A program made the translations under genes and the position numbers. 64,000 nt of DNA from a virus. The notes below the pieces were generated by a model, which ran no database searches, was not told the origin of the DNA, and saw nothing but the letters and a program-made list of their open reading frames with translations. Where the stretch lies: positions 34,507-98,506 of the IMG/VR virus record IMGVR_UViG_3300020175_000005; one strand, 5' to 3'. Positions 35,784-46,553 of the stretch are shown here, piece by piece. The number at the start of each line of letters is the position of its first letter. The first letter of the stretch is position 1.

Positions 35784-37331
35784 CTACTCGCCCCTTATGC
35801 TGGTTTTGTTTGGTTTGTTAAAAATGTTATATGCTATCAAATCTTCACTTCCACGCAAATGGCGTGTTTCAGAATATTCACCAGTTGTAATTGTCCAATC
35901 AGCATGAGGAGTTGTATCAGGATTAATCTTTCCTGAAGTAGCATTGTGCTGCATATGAGCTATTAGTTGTCGTGGAGTTGCGTGTGGATTAGCTTGTAAT
36001 ACCAATGCTCCCATACCTACAATTTGGGGAGATGCCATTGATGTTCCCGATAAAAATCTCTGGTTATATTCACTGTTACCTGAATACGGGTCGCCGTTAA
36101 CGTGTGCGCTCATGATTTGATCACCAGGGGCATATATATTAGTTGCTGTTCCCGAGTTACTGTCACCAGAAGGAGTTTCCAAACCGCTCTCAGTATCCAG
36201 AGGTAAATTTAAATTTCCTACATTGAACATATCAACACTGTATGGTGCTGATTTTCTAGAGAATAGGTTGGTATAAGTTCTTCTAGCTGGATCAACGTAA
36301 TAATCAAAACTGTTATTATAATCTGGACCATCTGGCGCACTTACCGTAATAAAATCATTGCCAGCTGCAAAAGAAAAGTGTACTCCAGCATCAATACACT
36401 CTTGAAGTGCTGCATTTAGTGAGTTGATGACCGCCGGTACTTTTCGTCCACCAAAATAGTTAGTCTGCATTCCTGTGAATTTTCTTAAATCATTTTGGTT
36501 GGTACCCCAATTTGCTGGATTATATGCTTGTCCCCTCCAAGTAATTGAAGTTACAGGCCAATCATTAAAATTCCATGTACCCCAACTACAGTTTACAATA
36601 GTAGGGCGTTTAAAGCCAGTTGCTGGGTCTACTGGCTTATTATTATGCCAGCCCAGGATGCAATCAAATAATTCACTCGTGCCTAATCCATTTGGATTAC
36701 CGCCGCGAAGACCAGACATTGCTATACAGTATATGTGAGCATTTTTAGCCCATCCAAACGTTTTTCCTGCTGCAATACCGGTACAGTGAGTTCCATGGCC
36801 ATCAGTATCTAAATAAAAATCGTCGATATCCATTGTTCCAGAAACACCACTTTCTAAAAACCAATCGATCTTCTGTAACCTCGATACTCCGTTAGCATCT
36901 TCCCATTCTGGATGATCTGCTACAATACCAGTATCTACCACTACTACATCTACGCCAGTGCCATCTAATGAATAAGAAAAATCTTCATCAATAGTTTCTG
37001 TCCTGTCTCTAAAATTACAACGTAACAGTCCCCAATTAGTTGTTTCCGTCGAGCCTAATGTTTGGGTTGAATGATTTCCAACAATGATACTATCATCTTG
37101 GTCTACATCTATTTCAACCGACATAACTCTTTCATCTTGCTCTAGTAATTCTGCCTCATCTGCAGTTAAAACATAATGACACAATCTACGCATGCCATTC
37201 CTACTGTTAGCAATATCTACACGTCTACTCGGCACGAAGCCGTCAGTTTCACTTTGGTTTTCGATTTCTTCCCAAAATTCTGCATAATTAATATCTTGAT
37301 TTAATACAACTACATATTCAATAAGTTCCAT
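35784..37331 (-). CDS. Subtilisin-like S8 serine protease
   Basis: VVVVDTG, HGTHCTG, AAGN and GTSMASP catalytic motifs. Confidence 0.93.
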   Translation of the reverse strand: MELIEYVVVLNQDINYAEFWEEIENQSETDGFVPSRRVDIANSRNGMRRLCHYVLTADEAELLEQDERVMSVEIDVDQDDSIIVGNHSTQTLGSTETTNWGLLRCNFRDRTETIDEDFSYSLDGTGVDVVVVDTGIVADHPEWEDANGVSRLQKIDWFLESGVSGTMDIDDFYLDTDGHGTHCTGIAAGKTFGWAKNAHIYCIAMSGLRGGNPNGLGTSELFDCILGWHNNKPVDPATGFKRPTIVNCSWGTWNFNDWPVTSITWRGQAYNPANWGTNQNDLRKFTGMQTNYFGGRKVPAVINSLNAALQECIDAGVHFSFAAGNDFITVSAPDGPDYNNSFDYYVDPARRTYTNLFSRKSAPYSVDMFNVGNLNLPLDTESGLETPSGDSNSGTATNIYAPGDQIMSAHVNGDPYSGNSEYNQRFLSGTSMASPQIVGMGALVLQANPHATPRQLIAHMQHNATSGKINPDTTPHADWTITTGEYSETRHLRGSEDLIAYNIFNKPNKTSIRGE

Positions 37332-37340
37332 GATTTACCT

Positions 37341-38534
37341 CTAATGCAAATCTACCCAAGCACCATTTGCATAGCCTTGGAATTTGTTTGTATCAGTATT
37401 ATAAATCGTATCTCCATTTATAGCAATAATTGCATCTCGCTCAATAGTAGTTAAATTTACCATTCTAAAAGGTGCATTTGTGCTTACTCTATTAGGAGCA
37501 TCAAGAACAATATTACTACCAGATTCAATTACAGTTGTTCCTGCTCCAGTAATAGTTAAATCTGAAACTGTTAAACTGTTAAACTCTACATCATCAGTAG
37601 TATTCAAACTTTGATCATATGCAGCGCCGCCGCCTACTGTGTCTGGCGACCATGCGGCGCCATCCCATACTAATGCTTGTCCAGTAGAAGGAACAGTTAC
37701 AGATACGTCTGCAAGATCACTTAGATTAGACGATGACGATATCGTAGTCGGTGTTACAACTGGTGCATCACCTGATGGTACAACAAAGCCTGATACTAGA
37801 GGGTTGTTATTGGCTGTGGCTGATCCGTCAGACTTAAAGTTATCTTCAATCCAAGAGAACAAAGATTCATCTGTATCAGTAGTAGTATAATTTAAAATAA
37901 ATGTTGTGCCATTTAGTGTACCATCAAAAACGTGATCAAGGGCAGTGCCGGTGCAATTAGAATTATAAGTGTCTTCAATTGAAAACGTTTCGCCAACTCT
38001 ATCAATTGAAATACGCAACGTACCTTGACGTTTATTTGATGTCAGAACATCATTCAATGTATATCTAATAAGAATATCGTCAAAGCGGTTAGAATCAATA
38101 GTAATATATGGAAATGCTTGTTCTGTTGCTGGGCCTGCTATTCCAACTGCTCTTACTGGATCACTGATGCCTTCTGGAGCCTGTGCAGTCATAATTTCAG
38201 TATTAAAATAAAGAACAACACGTTCACTTGTAGGAGCATCATTAAAAGTTAGAACAAAATCTCGATATGTGTAATTAGATGCTTTTATCGGTGCAACACC
38301 GTCACTTTCAAAATACACTTCCCATGATCCGGCGTACATACTATCTAAATCCACCGGCATACGATAGTTTACAGTTCCGTTACTATCCTGCGAATATTGT
38401 TCGTTACCAATGAAAAGTCTATACTCGTCAGTTGCATAACCAAATTCGCCAGCCAATAGTCCATTGTCAGGACCTACTGGTAGATCAGATAAGTCGCCTT
38501 GGCGCTGTGTGTGTTTAGATAGAATGTTTGCCAT
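37341..38534 (-). CDS. Tail fibre-like structural protein
   Basis: N-terminal LLAGEFGYATDEYRLFIGN; LSDLADV..GQALVWDG and GDTIYNTDTNKFQGY modules. Confidence 0.75.
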   Translation of the reverse strand: MANILSKHTQRQGDLSDLPVGPDNGLLAGEFGYATDEYRLFIGNEQYSQDSNGTVNYRMPVDLDSMYAGSWEVYFESDGVAPIKASNYTYRDFVLTFNDAPTSERVVLYFNTEIMTAQAPEGISDPVRAVGIAGPATEQAFPYITIDSNRFDDILIRYTLNDVLTSNKRQGTLRISIDRVGETFSIEDTYNSNCTGTALDHVFDGTLNGTTFILNYTTTDTDESLFSWIEDNFKSDGSATANNNPLVSGFVVPSGDAPVVTPTTISSSSNLSDLADVSVTVPSTGQALVWDGAAWSPDTVGGGAAYDQSLNTTDDVEFNSLTVSDLTITGAGTTVIESGSNIVLDAPNRVSTNAPFRMVNLTTIERDAIIAINGDTIYNTDTNKFQGYANGAWVDLH

Positions 38535-38563
38535 TTTTTAAAATCTCCATATGTATATTTATC

Positions 38564-39235
38564 CTATAGGTTATAAAACTCAGCTACTCTTTCAGCCCAT
38601 TTTGTTGCCCAATAATCAAACTCATCACCAGTAACTTCAAACAACTGCCAATTACATTGTTTACTACACATAAAGATAGCAATACTATTAATGTCAGTAT
38701 CGTAGAGTTCATTATGTGCAATAGCATATGCGGCGCCCTGAAGGAAGTAGTCGTCAATCCATTCACGCTTTTTAGGCTTATTAGTTTGCTTGTAATCCAT
38801 GATAGTTGGCTTGCCTTTGTACACACCAACTAAATCTGTTGTACCAGCATATAGGTTAGGAGCACATAGTCTAACTTCTGCGCCCCAAACTTCTTGCAAA
38901 TCAGGTTCAATATTATCAATAATAACTTGTGCCATCATGCGTGACAGTGGGGTAGACTTGCCAGTGTACTCAACACCTTTATTCCAAGCCTCAAGTTGAT
39001 CATGCATCATTGTTCCGTTGCCAGCAGCTTCAGTAACAATTTTCTGTGCTTCTTCTTCACCCACACGCTTCTTCCAATTAGCCAAAGCCATACGCTTTTC
39101 ATATGGTTTAGTTTTATCTAGAATCGTAGTAACACTTGGAACAGGGTTGCCCCATGGGTTTTCATATAGACGCTTACCACCGATTTGCTTACGCTTCAGT
39201 TCTTTATACGGGTATGGAGAATTTATTTTAATCAT
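38564..39235 (-). CDS. PD-(D/E)XK exonuclease (Cas4-like phage family)
   Basis: PSVTTIL, AGTTDLVG, IMDYKQ and YFLQGAAYA. Confidence 0.88.
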   Translation of the reverse strand: MIKINSPYPYKELKRKQIGGKRLYENPWGNPVPSVTTILDKTKPYEKRMALANWKKRVGEEEAQKIVTEAAGNGTMMHDQLEAWNKGVEYTGKSTPLSRMMAQVIIDNIEPDLQEVWGAEVRLCAPNLYAGTTDLVGVYKGKPTIMDYKQTNKPKKREWIDDYFLQGAAYAIAHNELYDTDINSIAIFMCSKQCNWQLFEVTGDEFDYWATKWAERVAEFYNL

Positions 39236-39247
39236 ACTGCTATATTA

Positions 39248-39943
39248 CTATGAATGATTTAGAATGTCAATAACTTCTTTGGTTAAAACAAAATTATCTA
39301 AAACCCATTGATTTCCCTTGAACGTCCAGTGGTCATCGTCAAGACCTAATATTATTCCAGCGTTGTATAGCGTTTCCATGTTATATGCATTAAACTGCTT
39401 GTATATCTGATACCAAACACAATTCTCGTCCATAAACTTATGTTCAGACACAAAGTTTAGCATTACGATATGTTTAAAATTATACAACTTTGTAATATTT
39501 TTATAGAACTTCTTAATATATGTGTTTCTATTTTCACTTATAGATTGTAAATTTATCGCATCTTGAAACAAACGACCACTATATTTATTATGCCCCAATA
39601 CTCCATGATTAGCCCACACATGAGGTGACTCCAACTGTCTTAATTTAAAATTTTCAGTTATTTTAGTATCTACGAATGTAAAGTTATCTAATGACGAACC
39701 GCCATCCACCAAGTATCCAACTCGACTGGGATAGGTGGTATTTACAAAAATGATATCAATGTTTTGTTCTTTGGCGTCCAACAAACACCACTGGAGATAA
39801 TCAATTCCCCTGCCGCCAAGGGCATAATTGTAATATTGATGCTGGGGAAATTTTTGAGCTAATTGGTATGTCCAACTATTCTCCTGTACGCTTTTTTGGT
39901 CATAAGCACTATAGCTGCATCCCAAGAATCCAACCTTAGTCAT
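39248..39943 (-). CDS. SGNH hydrolase-like hypothetical protein
   Basis: GCSYS, NYALGG and DDHWT motifs. Confidence 0.55.
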   Translation of the reverse strand: MTKVGFLGCSYSAYDQKSVQENSWTYQLAQKFPQHQYYNYALGGRGIDYLQWCLLDAKEQNIDIIFVNTTYPSRVGYLVDGGSSLDNFTFVDTKITENFKLRQLESPHVWANHGVLGHNKYSGRLFQDAINLQSISENRNTYIKKFYKNITKLYNFKHIVMLNFVSEHKFMDENCVWYQIYKQFNAYNMETLYNAGIILGLDDDHWTFKGNQWVLDNFVLTKEVIDILNHS

Positions 39944-39948
39944 TTAAT

Positions 39949-40569
39949 CTACCAATATAGATTCCAGATAAATGTTTTACCTGTTTGTGGATGTGCTAGC
40001 TTTTGAATACGATATCCCAAGTTATTAAAGTATTTTTCAACACTTGAAATTTGTTCAGAGATCGCTCTATCAGTGTTAACGCCTTGCCATGCATTATAAT
40101 ATGAAACACTTGTTGGGTCAGATACTGTGTACACGCCAACTGTTAGTCCTACTTTTGCAGTAGCAGTAGCACCACTGTTAATTTCATATTGCCAAACCTG
40201 ACTTGGTAAAACTGTTATTTCCAATACAAGATAGTCATTATCTTTCGATGCACTTACTCCCGGTACATTGGCGTCGTTAATGTCAGCAATAATAGCATTG
40301 AGATTAGTGCCAGTTGCTCCCAAAACAATAGTCTGGTTATTGATAATAAGAGTGTCTCCAGGAACAATTATGGGATCATTCACAGTACCAATTCTAGTAG
40401 CAATGGGTGTCGACTCTGTCATGGTAGTACCATCACTTACATTTGCTTCATAAACGCCGTTTGCACTAGAAGCTAGTACTGCGAGCATAATTGCATTAAC
40501 TTCGTTATATATGATCATGTCTTGTTGGCTTTTTGCTCTAGCCTGTGCTGCGTTTAATCCTACTGTCAT
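39949..40569 (-). CDS. Putative virion structural protein
   Basis: GDTLIINNQTI...IADINDANVPGVSAS, a tail-sheath-like module. Confidence 0.6.
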   Translation of the reverse strand: MTVGLNAAQARAKSQQDMIIYNEVNAIMLAVLASSANGVYEANVSDGTTMTESTPIATRIGTVNDPIIVPGDTLIINNQTIVLGATGTNLNAIIADINDANVPGVSASKDNDYLVLEITVLPSQVWQYEINSGATATAKVGLTVGVYTVSDPTSVSYYNAWQGVNTDRAISEQISSVEKYFNNLGYRIQKLAHPQTGKTFIWNLYW

Positions 40570-40895
40570 TTGTTTAACTCTTTTTTCGTTTGCTTGCGAG
40601 CCATTCTATCAATGGTCTTGTCTTGCTTTTCTGGATCTACTTGATTATCGTAACCACTTTCTTCACTATTAGAGTTGAAGTAGACAATATCGTCTTTAAT
40701 ATTGTCTACTATTGCGAGGTTTTGTACTACATCAAAAACCATATCTCTGTCTACTGCAACTCCATTTTTTTGTAGTGAACTAGTTAAGCTGTCTATACCG
40801 ATACTATTCAGTCCTTCTGCATCAAGAGCAGTTAAGTGATCAATTATTGTTTGATCAACTTCTTGTACTTCACGAATGATATCAGTGATTCTCAT
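40566..40895 (-). CDS. Hypothetical head-associated protein
   Basis: MRITDIIRE N-terminus; in a late operon. Confidence 0.6.
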   Translation of the reverse strand: MRITDIIREVQEVDQTIIDHLTALDAEGLNSIGIDSLTSSLQKNGVAVDRDMVFDVVQNLAIVDNIKDDIVYFNSNSEESGYDNQVDPEKQDKTIDRMARKQTKKELNK

Positions 40896-40899
40896 AATA

Positions 40900-41664
40900 T
40901 TACTTCTTCAGTAGAGAAAATGCTTGCTTTAGAACTTCAGGAGAAACTTTTCCTTCTGACTGTTGTTCTTTAACCATTTTAAGAGCTGAAAGATATGCAT
41001 CCTCTTTCATTTCACGACCATCAATGTCTGTATCCATGTCTGCAGAATCATCACCGGCAAATTCGTCGCCCATTTCTGGTTCCATATCCATGTCATCGCC
41101 GCCCATTTCTGGTTCCATGTCCATGCCATCCATTTCCATGTCCTGTGCTGGTGCTTGTCCTTGAGCTACTAATAGCGCATTGTTAACACCTTCATTAGCA
41201 GCTTTTACTGCTTCTAGTGCTGCACTGATTGACTGCTCTGCTGATGCATTAAATGCGTCTGCTTCTGCTATGCCAACTTGCTCTTTCATTGCATTGTGAA
41301 TGCTCATTAGTTCTTCAACTTGCATGCTTGCTAATGTTTCTGCCATTTTCTGTAGGTCATCGCCCATTTGTTTTGCAGCCAATAGTACTTCAGCTTGATC
41401 AAGATCTGCTGATTCTGTTACTGTGCCATGTGCTTCAGCAACAACAAGTTTTAAGCCTTCTGCAATTAGCAGTAGCTTTTGGTAATCTCGGTGGCTTACG
41501 TCCACTCCGTTTTCTCTCAGTGTAGCAATGCGTCCTGCTGTTGCTTCCTGAATTTGAACTAGTTTTTTGCCGTCCATATCAAAGTTGAAATCACTTTCAA
41601 ATACTTCTGATAGAGTACGGCGTAGTTTTGCAAACTTGTTCTCTTGTAAATCGAATAAATTCAT
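40900..41664 (-). CDS. Putative prohead core / scaffold-like acidic protein
   Basis: Helical with DMEPEMG acidic repeats; TATAAATA upstream (41695-41702). Confidence 0.55.
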   Translation of the reverse strand: MNLFDLQENKFAKLRRTLSEVFESDFNFDMDGKKLVQIQEATAGRIATLRENGVDVSHRDYQKLLLIAEGLKLVVAEAHGTVTESADLDQAEVLLAAKQMGDDLQKMAETLASMQVEELMSIHNAMKEQVGIAEADAFNASAEQSISAALEAVKAANEGVNNALLVAQGQAPAQDMEMDGMDMEPEMGGDDMDMEPEMGDEFAGDDSADMDTDIDGREMKEDAYLSALKMVKEQQSEGKVSPEVLKQAFSLLKK

Positions 41665-41715
41665 AGTTAAACCTCGCTATAATTGTATATAATGTATTTA
41701 TACATATCTTTAAAA

Positions 41716-42291
41716 TTACATCAAATTTTTGATGTGACGCTTTATATTCTTCATCTTATCCACTGCTGATGTGTGTTTTGCAACAAAAATGTCATACTTT
41801 ACATCCTCAGTAACAATCTTTAGTCTTTTTTTGTAGCTCGCTGCTTCAAGCAATACACTATCATAACGATTATCATATTCTACAATTTTTTCAATGCCAT
41901 TTTTGTTAAACATTAGTTTTTTAACAATAGCCATTGCGCTTTCAAATAAAGCAAGATCTTCATAAATTACTTTTTGGTCCTGTGTAACAGTATAGTATGT
42001 TTTTTTGTAACCTTCAACAATCTTTTTATTTAATACAATGTGATATCCGCCAATACCAACATTGTCATTTTCAGATGATGGTGAAGGTGACTGCTTGACA
42101 ACATTTGTTGCAGCACTATTTGTGGCTTCATTTAGCTTGTTTAGGATATTATACATTTCGTCTACTTCAGGACGTCCAGATGAACGAACTACGTTTCCGT
42201 CAGACATTTCAACTTCTTTACCAACATTTTCAGCGGCGTTTTCTAGTTTTGCTAGAATATCCATCATTCCCTTTACTTCTGGTGTAGGCAT
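41716..42291 (-). CDS. Hypothetical protein
   Basis: Start re-called at MPTPEVKGMMDILAKL. Confidence 0.7.
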   Translation of the reverse strand: MPTPEVKGMMDILAKLENAAENVGKEVEMSDGNVVRSSGRPEVDEMYNILNKLNEATNSAATNVVKQSPSPSSENDNVGIGGYHIVLNKKIVEGYKKTYYTVTQDQKVIYEDLALFESAMAIVKKLMFNKNGIEKIVEYDNRYDSVLLEAASYKKRLKIVTEDVKYDIFVAKHTSAVDKMKNIKRHIKNLM

Positions 42292-42292
42292 T

Positions 42293-42499
42293 TTAAAGAC
42301 TCCCTTTTGCTTTACTAAAATAAACCTTGCCTTCTTTGACACGTTTAACCGCAACTCCTTTAGTTACAAGTTGTTGCGCTATGTGTGCCTGGCGTGGTGA
42401 CATATCATTCTTACATGTTTCATCTAGAGTGTCAAGAGTTTTATACTCTGCATTTGACAATAATACTTGGATACCACCTGGTGATTCAAAAACTCTCAT
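42293..42499 (-). CDS. Small hypothetical protein (wHTH-like)
   Basis: SPRQAHIAQQLVTKGVAVKR. Confidence 0.6.
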   Translation of the reverse strand: MRVFESPGGIQVLLSNAEYKTLDTLDETCKNDMSPRQAHIAQQLVTKGVAVKRVKEGKVYFSKAKGSL

Positions 42500-43363
42500 T
42501 TACTTTCCCCTTGCCACTTTCATAACAAGATCTTTAAGTCTATCAATTTCTTGTGAGTTTGAATTGGCTTGCGCTGAGTTTTGATTACGCTGGTTATCGC
42601 TTGGATCAGCAACACTTCGTGAACCAGTGGAAGTTTTATTACTTCCTGCCACTGTGCGCTGTGTAGATGTTTGGCGGCTTGCTTTTAATTCTGCATTCGT
42701 TGCGCGGCGATTGTCAGTTGCTGCAAGTGTTCCTTGTGAACGTATTGTAGCACTACTAGGCTGTGATGTTGTTGATGTGCCGTATGCCTCATCAATATCT
42801 TTTACTATTTTGCCTGCAATTTTATTTGATACATTGCTTTTGAATTCTGGACTGTCGTAATCATAAACCATAATATCCGGATCGCTTATTGGAAGTCCGC
42901 CTTGATGATCATGTCCAATAGCAAGTGTATCTGACTTTTTGTATTTTACACCATTACGTTCGTTATTGTAGTCTAATCTAGAATCTAAATCTAATTTTTT
43001 AATTACTTCGTCATCCACATCGTCAATTTTAACACTAGTGGCGCCATCACTAGTAGGACCATGTAATGAAGTAGTATTTCTATAATCAACTTTTTTATAT
43101 GTTTTGTCTGGCATTCTTATGTATAAACGTTCTGGTGCTAGGAGATTTAATTCGTCCAATTGCGCTTCATCAATACTTAAATCAATTAAATCACTAAACT
43201 GGTCATTGTCTTCATCTTTGATTGCACTGGTTAATTGCATCAATTCACCAAAACTACGTTCTTTCAGCTGTGCTGACACTGTATCTTTTTCTAGTTCCAC
43301 ACCAAATTTTACATTTGCATATTCAATTACGGTATCTACAATACTGTTGTTTAAAATTTTCAT
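42500..43363 (-). CDS. Hypothetical protein
   Basis: 287 aa with low-complexity C-terminus ending EIDRLKDL. Confidence 0.7.
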   Translation of the reverse strand: MKILNNSIVDTVIEYANVKFGVELEKDTVSAQLKERSFGELMQLTSAIKDEDNDQFSDLIDLSIDEAQLDELNLLAPERLYIRMPDKTYKKVDYRNTTSLHGPTSDGATSVKIDDVDDEVIKKLDLDSRLDYNNERNGVKYKKSDTLAIGHDHQGGLPISDPDIMVYDYDSPEFKSNVSNKIAGKIVKDIDEAYGTSTTSQPSSATIRSQGTLAATDNRRATNAELKASRQTSTQRTVAGSNKTSTGSRSVADPSDNQRNQNSAQANSNSQEIDRLKDLVMKVARGK

Positions 43364-43647
43364 CTTCTTGCCCTGTTTAGTTTTGCTGCAATCTTACTTG
43401 CTGGATTAGTACGTTTTGTTCTTTTGGCTTTCTTTGCCATTCTCGCACCCATACTTGCCTTTGTTCTTTTTAATACGAATCTCTTTTTTAGGTCGATAGG
43501 AGCCGCACATTGCTGTGGGTTACTCACTACTCTGCCCTTGCGCTTGCCAACTGTACAACGAAATTTCTTAGTTAAACTCTTGCCTCGGCGAGCAAAGACT
43601 ACCTTTGCTTCGCTAACAATTGTTTGGTATGATTCGTTTAAAAACAT
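43360..43647 (-). CDS. Basic protein, prohead core-like
   Basis: Very Lys/Arg rich; FRCTVGKRKGRVVS motif. Confidence 0.6.
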   Translation of the reverse strand: MFLNESYQTIVSEAKVVFARRGKSLTKKFRCTVGKRKGRVVSNPQQCAAPIDLKKRFVLKRTKASMGARMAKKAKRTKRTNPASKIAAKLNRARR

Positions 43648-43932
43648 TTATCCGCCCATCATTGGTGTTACAGTTTGTAAATTCAACAATAACAATACTA
43701 CCGTTGATAACAAACCAGCAATCACTGTTGCTGCTGCACCTATTACTAATTTATTATTACTTGCTTTGTCTGTTTGTTGCTTTTCAACCATCAATGCAAT
43801 AGTATCTGCTAGACTGTCAACTTTGGATTCCAGTCTAATTAATTTTTCTTCTAACACGCGGTACCTCTCTGCACATAAATCAACATGTGCCTCGAGATTT
43901 TCACGCTCAAGTCTTGACTGCGTTATTGCCAT
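43648..43932 (-). CDS. Coiled-coil protein with a single C-terminal TM helix (holin / XhlA-like)
   Basis: LEAHVDLCAERY...TM helix. Confidence 0.6.
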   Translation of the reverse strand: MAITQSRLERENLEAHVDLCAERYRVLEEKLIRLESKVDSLADTIALMVEKQQTDKASNNKLVIGAAATVIAGLLSTVVLLLLNLQTVTPMMGG

Positions 43933-44013
43933 TCTCTGTCTCCAAAGTTTATCATTCGCCGCCTCTTAAGGAGCCTGCTTATCGTCACTATACGTCTTGT
44001 ATACTATATGTAT

Positions 44014-44433
44014 TTATGCGATTAGCACTTCTTTGAAGTATATATTTAATTTATCAGTGCAAGTACTATTAAAAAATTTATCAATATTAGCAGTTTCTTT
44101 TAGTTGAGTATAGACTGGAACAGTATTAGTGTCAGTAATTGCATGGTAAAATAAATTATCATCACGCGACCATGTAGTTTGGTGTTCACTGCTAAAAGTA
44201 AATTTCCATACACGTTGCAATCCAGTGTATTGATTGCCGAATTTATAGTCATCCATATTGCACTGCTCTGCAAATGTAGTCTTAAGAGTCATTAACTGTG
44301 ATCTCAAACTAAGAACTTGTATTAGCATACTTAAATTCTGTGCTTGTAAAAACTCCAGGGTGTTTCCACGTGGATCATTATACTTAGTGTCAGTGATATC
44401 CACCAGCGTATACGCTGTAAAATGATATTCCAT
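44014..44433 (-). CDS. Hypothetical protein
   Basis: YTLVDIT motif. Start re-called at MEYHF. Confidence 0.7.
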   Translation of the reverse strand: MEYHFTAYTLVDITDTKYNDPRGNTLEFLQAQNLSMLIQVLSLRSQLMTLKTTFAEQCNMDDYKFGNQYTGLQRVWKFTFSSEHQTTWSRDDNLFYHAITDTNTVPVYTQLKETANIDKFFNSTCTDKLNIYFKEVLIA

Positions 44434-44434
44434 A

Positions 44435-45193
44435 TTAAAGTTCTGTTGATTTGCCGGCTGCATAGCCAGCTGCAAATGCAGCGGCGCCGCCAAGTACTGC
44501 ACGTTTGATTGAGGACTTTTTCTCTTTGCTGATATCTAAACTATTATCTTTCGCAAACCCATTAAACATAGGAAACAAGTCACTGCGTCTAGCATTAGTT
44601 CTATAGTATTTCATTAGCTGTGAACCTACTAGTTGCTGTTGCTGAGTAGTTAATGTTTCCCAATCTTGTGTTAGTCGTCTTGCTGCTCTTAGTTTTGGAT
44701 CCTGTATAGCCAAGTCACGTTCCAGCTTAAAGAAGAATGCCTGTGCTTGTCCTCGATTGATATTTCCGCTACGCATTTGATCTAGGAAACGTTTAACGTG
44801 CTTGTCATTTACTTTTAATTTTTTCATTAAGGCAGTGTCTTTTTCATTTCCTGACAACAGCTCTGGGTGCTTTAGACTGTATAGTGTTTGATACACGTCA
44901 GTTCCGCCAGGGGCTGGGCTATTAAACCCTCCACGCATTGTTGTTTGCTGTGCATATTTTTGAGCCTGTGGTGCATAATTATAATCATTACTCATTGCAT
45001 ATAGACTTAGTAAACTGACAAACAAATGATCAGATAGTCCACGGGCACCTTCACGACCAATCTGTTCACGGCTTCGAAACATTTTTGCTTCTCCCAACGT
45101 TTGCATAAATGATAGTTCTTTTGAGGTTTCATCCATTGTATGGCCGCCTTCAATTGCAGCCCATTGCTTTGCTGTATATTTTTTATCACTCAT
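44435..45193 (-). CDS. Hypothetical virion-associated protein
   Basis: 252 aa; N-terminal YTAKQWAAIEGGH. Confidence 0.7.
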   Translation of the reverse strand: MSDKKYTAKQWAAIEGGHTMDETSKELSFMQTLGEAKMFRSREQIGREGARGLSDHLFVSLLSLYAMSNDYNYAPQAQKYAQQTTMRGGFNSPAPGGTDVYQTLYSLKHPELLSGNEKDTALMKKLKVNDKHVKRFLDQMRSGNINRGQAQAFFFKLERDLAIQDPKLRAARRLTQDWETLTTQQQQLVGSQLMKYYRTNARRSDLFPMFNGFAKDNSLDISKEKKSSIKRAVLGGAAAFAAGYAAGKSTEL

Positions 45194-45405
45194 TGCTTGT
45201 CTAACCTCGCTGCTAATTCTTTAATTTTATCACTTGCATATGTCTGGCAACATCTCGGAACAAACATATGTACTAGGATAGCAAGTTCAGCTTTCTTTAA
45301 TTCCATCATGATGCCAAACGCAAATTTAAAGTGTTGCCATCTGGTCATACCAGCTTCTTTCATGTGTAATTTACATTCTTTACTAAACATCAGTTTGGTG
45401 TCCAT
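45190..45405 (-). CDS. Small protein, DUF6356-like
   Basis: HMKEAGMTRWQHFKFA...VHMFVP...ASDKI. Confidence 0.65.
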   Translation of the reverse strand: MDTKLMFSKECKLHMKEAGMTRWQHFKFAFGIMMELKKAELAILVHMFVPRCCQTYASDKIKELAARLDKQ

Positions 45406-46553
45406 CTATGTCGAGGTACAAGTTTCGTTTTACTATTCTGTGCTACATATCCTTCCCCACCACGCTCTTCGCCTGTGGATGCTGTGATATCTGCTGGCGC
45501 TGAATCTAATTGATCAATAACATTATTTTTCGCTGACATGACAGCATTTACTAACTGGAATATAGATGCCAGTGCATTTGGATTTTCGTTATTCATTGCA
45601 GTAATTTTAGCTTGTTTATTTGTACTTACTTTTGAGTTTTGTAGCCAATTAAAAAATCCCTTGGTGCTGATAGCATCAAGATTTTTTGTTTTTACTAATT
45701 GGTTGACAAACGTGTATATGATATTTCGCAAATCACTAAGTCCTTTAACTGGTGCAAGGAATGCGTCAATATCATTACCGTATTTTTTGGCTATTGATCG
45801 AATATTATCTGTTCCAGACACATCAACTGTGGGCTGATGTGTTACATAAGTCTGTCCAATAGTAAACACATCACTGCTGTCAAAAGCGGAAACATCTTTA
45901 ATTGGTTCGCTGGTTTTACTTCCAAACTCTGGGTATACTGTATGCAGGGTAACGCCAACTTTACTTTGGCCGATACGCTTGCCAATCTCACTATTTGGAT
46001 CAACAGTGTATGTTACTTTATTGGGAGTAAATGTTATTGCATTTCCAGTTTGGAAAGGTTTTCCTGGATGATATAGCAGGTCTCCATATACATAGCCACG
46101 GAAGTTTTCTGGAAAATCTTTTTTAATAATTTCAAACATGTTTGCCATACCATCAGCAAACTCAGCTCTCCAGTCTTCACCTTTGCCAGTACTCATGATA
46201 AAGTTTTTCAAGTCTTCGCTAGATGTAGATTTATTTCTTCCCCAACCATTTTTGCCCACAAGTACAAACGTACCGTCTGGCTCACGCCCATAATAAACTG
46301 TTGGGTTGCCATCCCATTTAATAGCCACGTCACTACTATCTTTTCCCATATTGTCAAGTATGTCTGCAGCTTCCATTGCGCCGCGACTACCTTTGACGAA
46401 TACAAGATCTTCTAGGTGTTGATACTCTCTGCCTACACTTTCACGTAGCTTGGAGGCATCTACAGTATACAAACTATTTTGTGTAATACGGTGTTTTCTA
46501 GAGCTGCGATGCTTACGCTTCTTTGATCCACCTAAGATATCGCTTATTTTCAT
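45390..46553 (-). CDS. Conserved large-phage protein (DUF6267-like)
   Basis: QHLEDLVF, KWDGNP, GDLLY, FTPN, GEGYV and KLV motifs (nucleotidyltransferase-like pattern). Confidence 0.75.
   Translation of the reverse strand: MKISDILGGSKKRKHRSSRKHRITQNSLYTVDASKLRESVGREYQHLEDLVFVKGSRGAMEAADILDNMGKDSSDVAIKWDGNPTVYYGREPDGTFVLVGKNGWGRNKSTSSEDLKNFIMSTGKGEDWRAEFADGMANMFEIIKKDFPENFRGYVYGDLLYHPGKPFQTGNAITFTPNKVTYTVDPNSEIGKRIGQSKVGVTLHTVYPEFGSKTSEPIKDVSAFDSSDVFTIGQTYVTHQPTVDVSGTDNIRSIAKKYGNDIDAFLAPVKGLSDLRNIIYTFVNQLVKTKNLDAISTKGFFNWLQNSKVSTNKQAKITAMNNENPNALASIFQLVNAVMSAKNNVIDQLDSAPADITASTGEERGGEGYVAQNSKTKLVPRHRWTPN

Noticed and set aside
38564-39235. Cas4-like nuclease as evidence of CRISPR-Cas
   Set aside because: It is a solo PD-(D/E)XK exonuclease common in large phages, with no array or other cas genes in the window.
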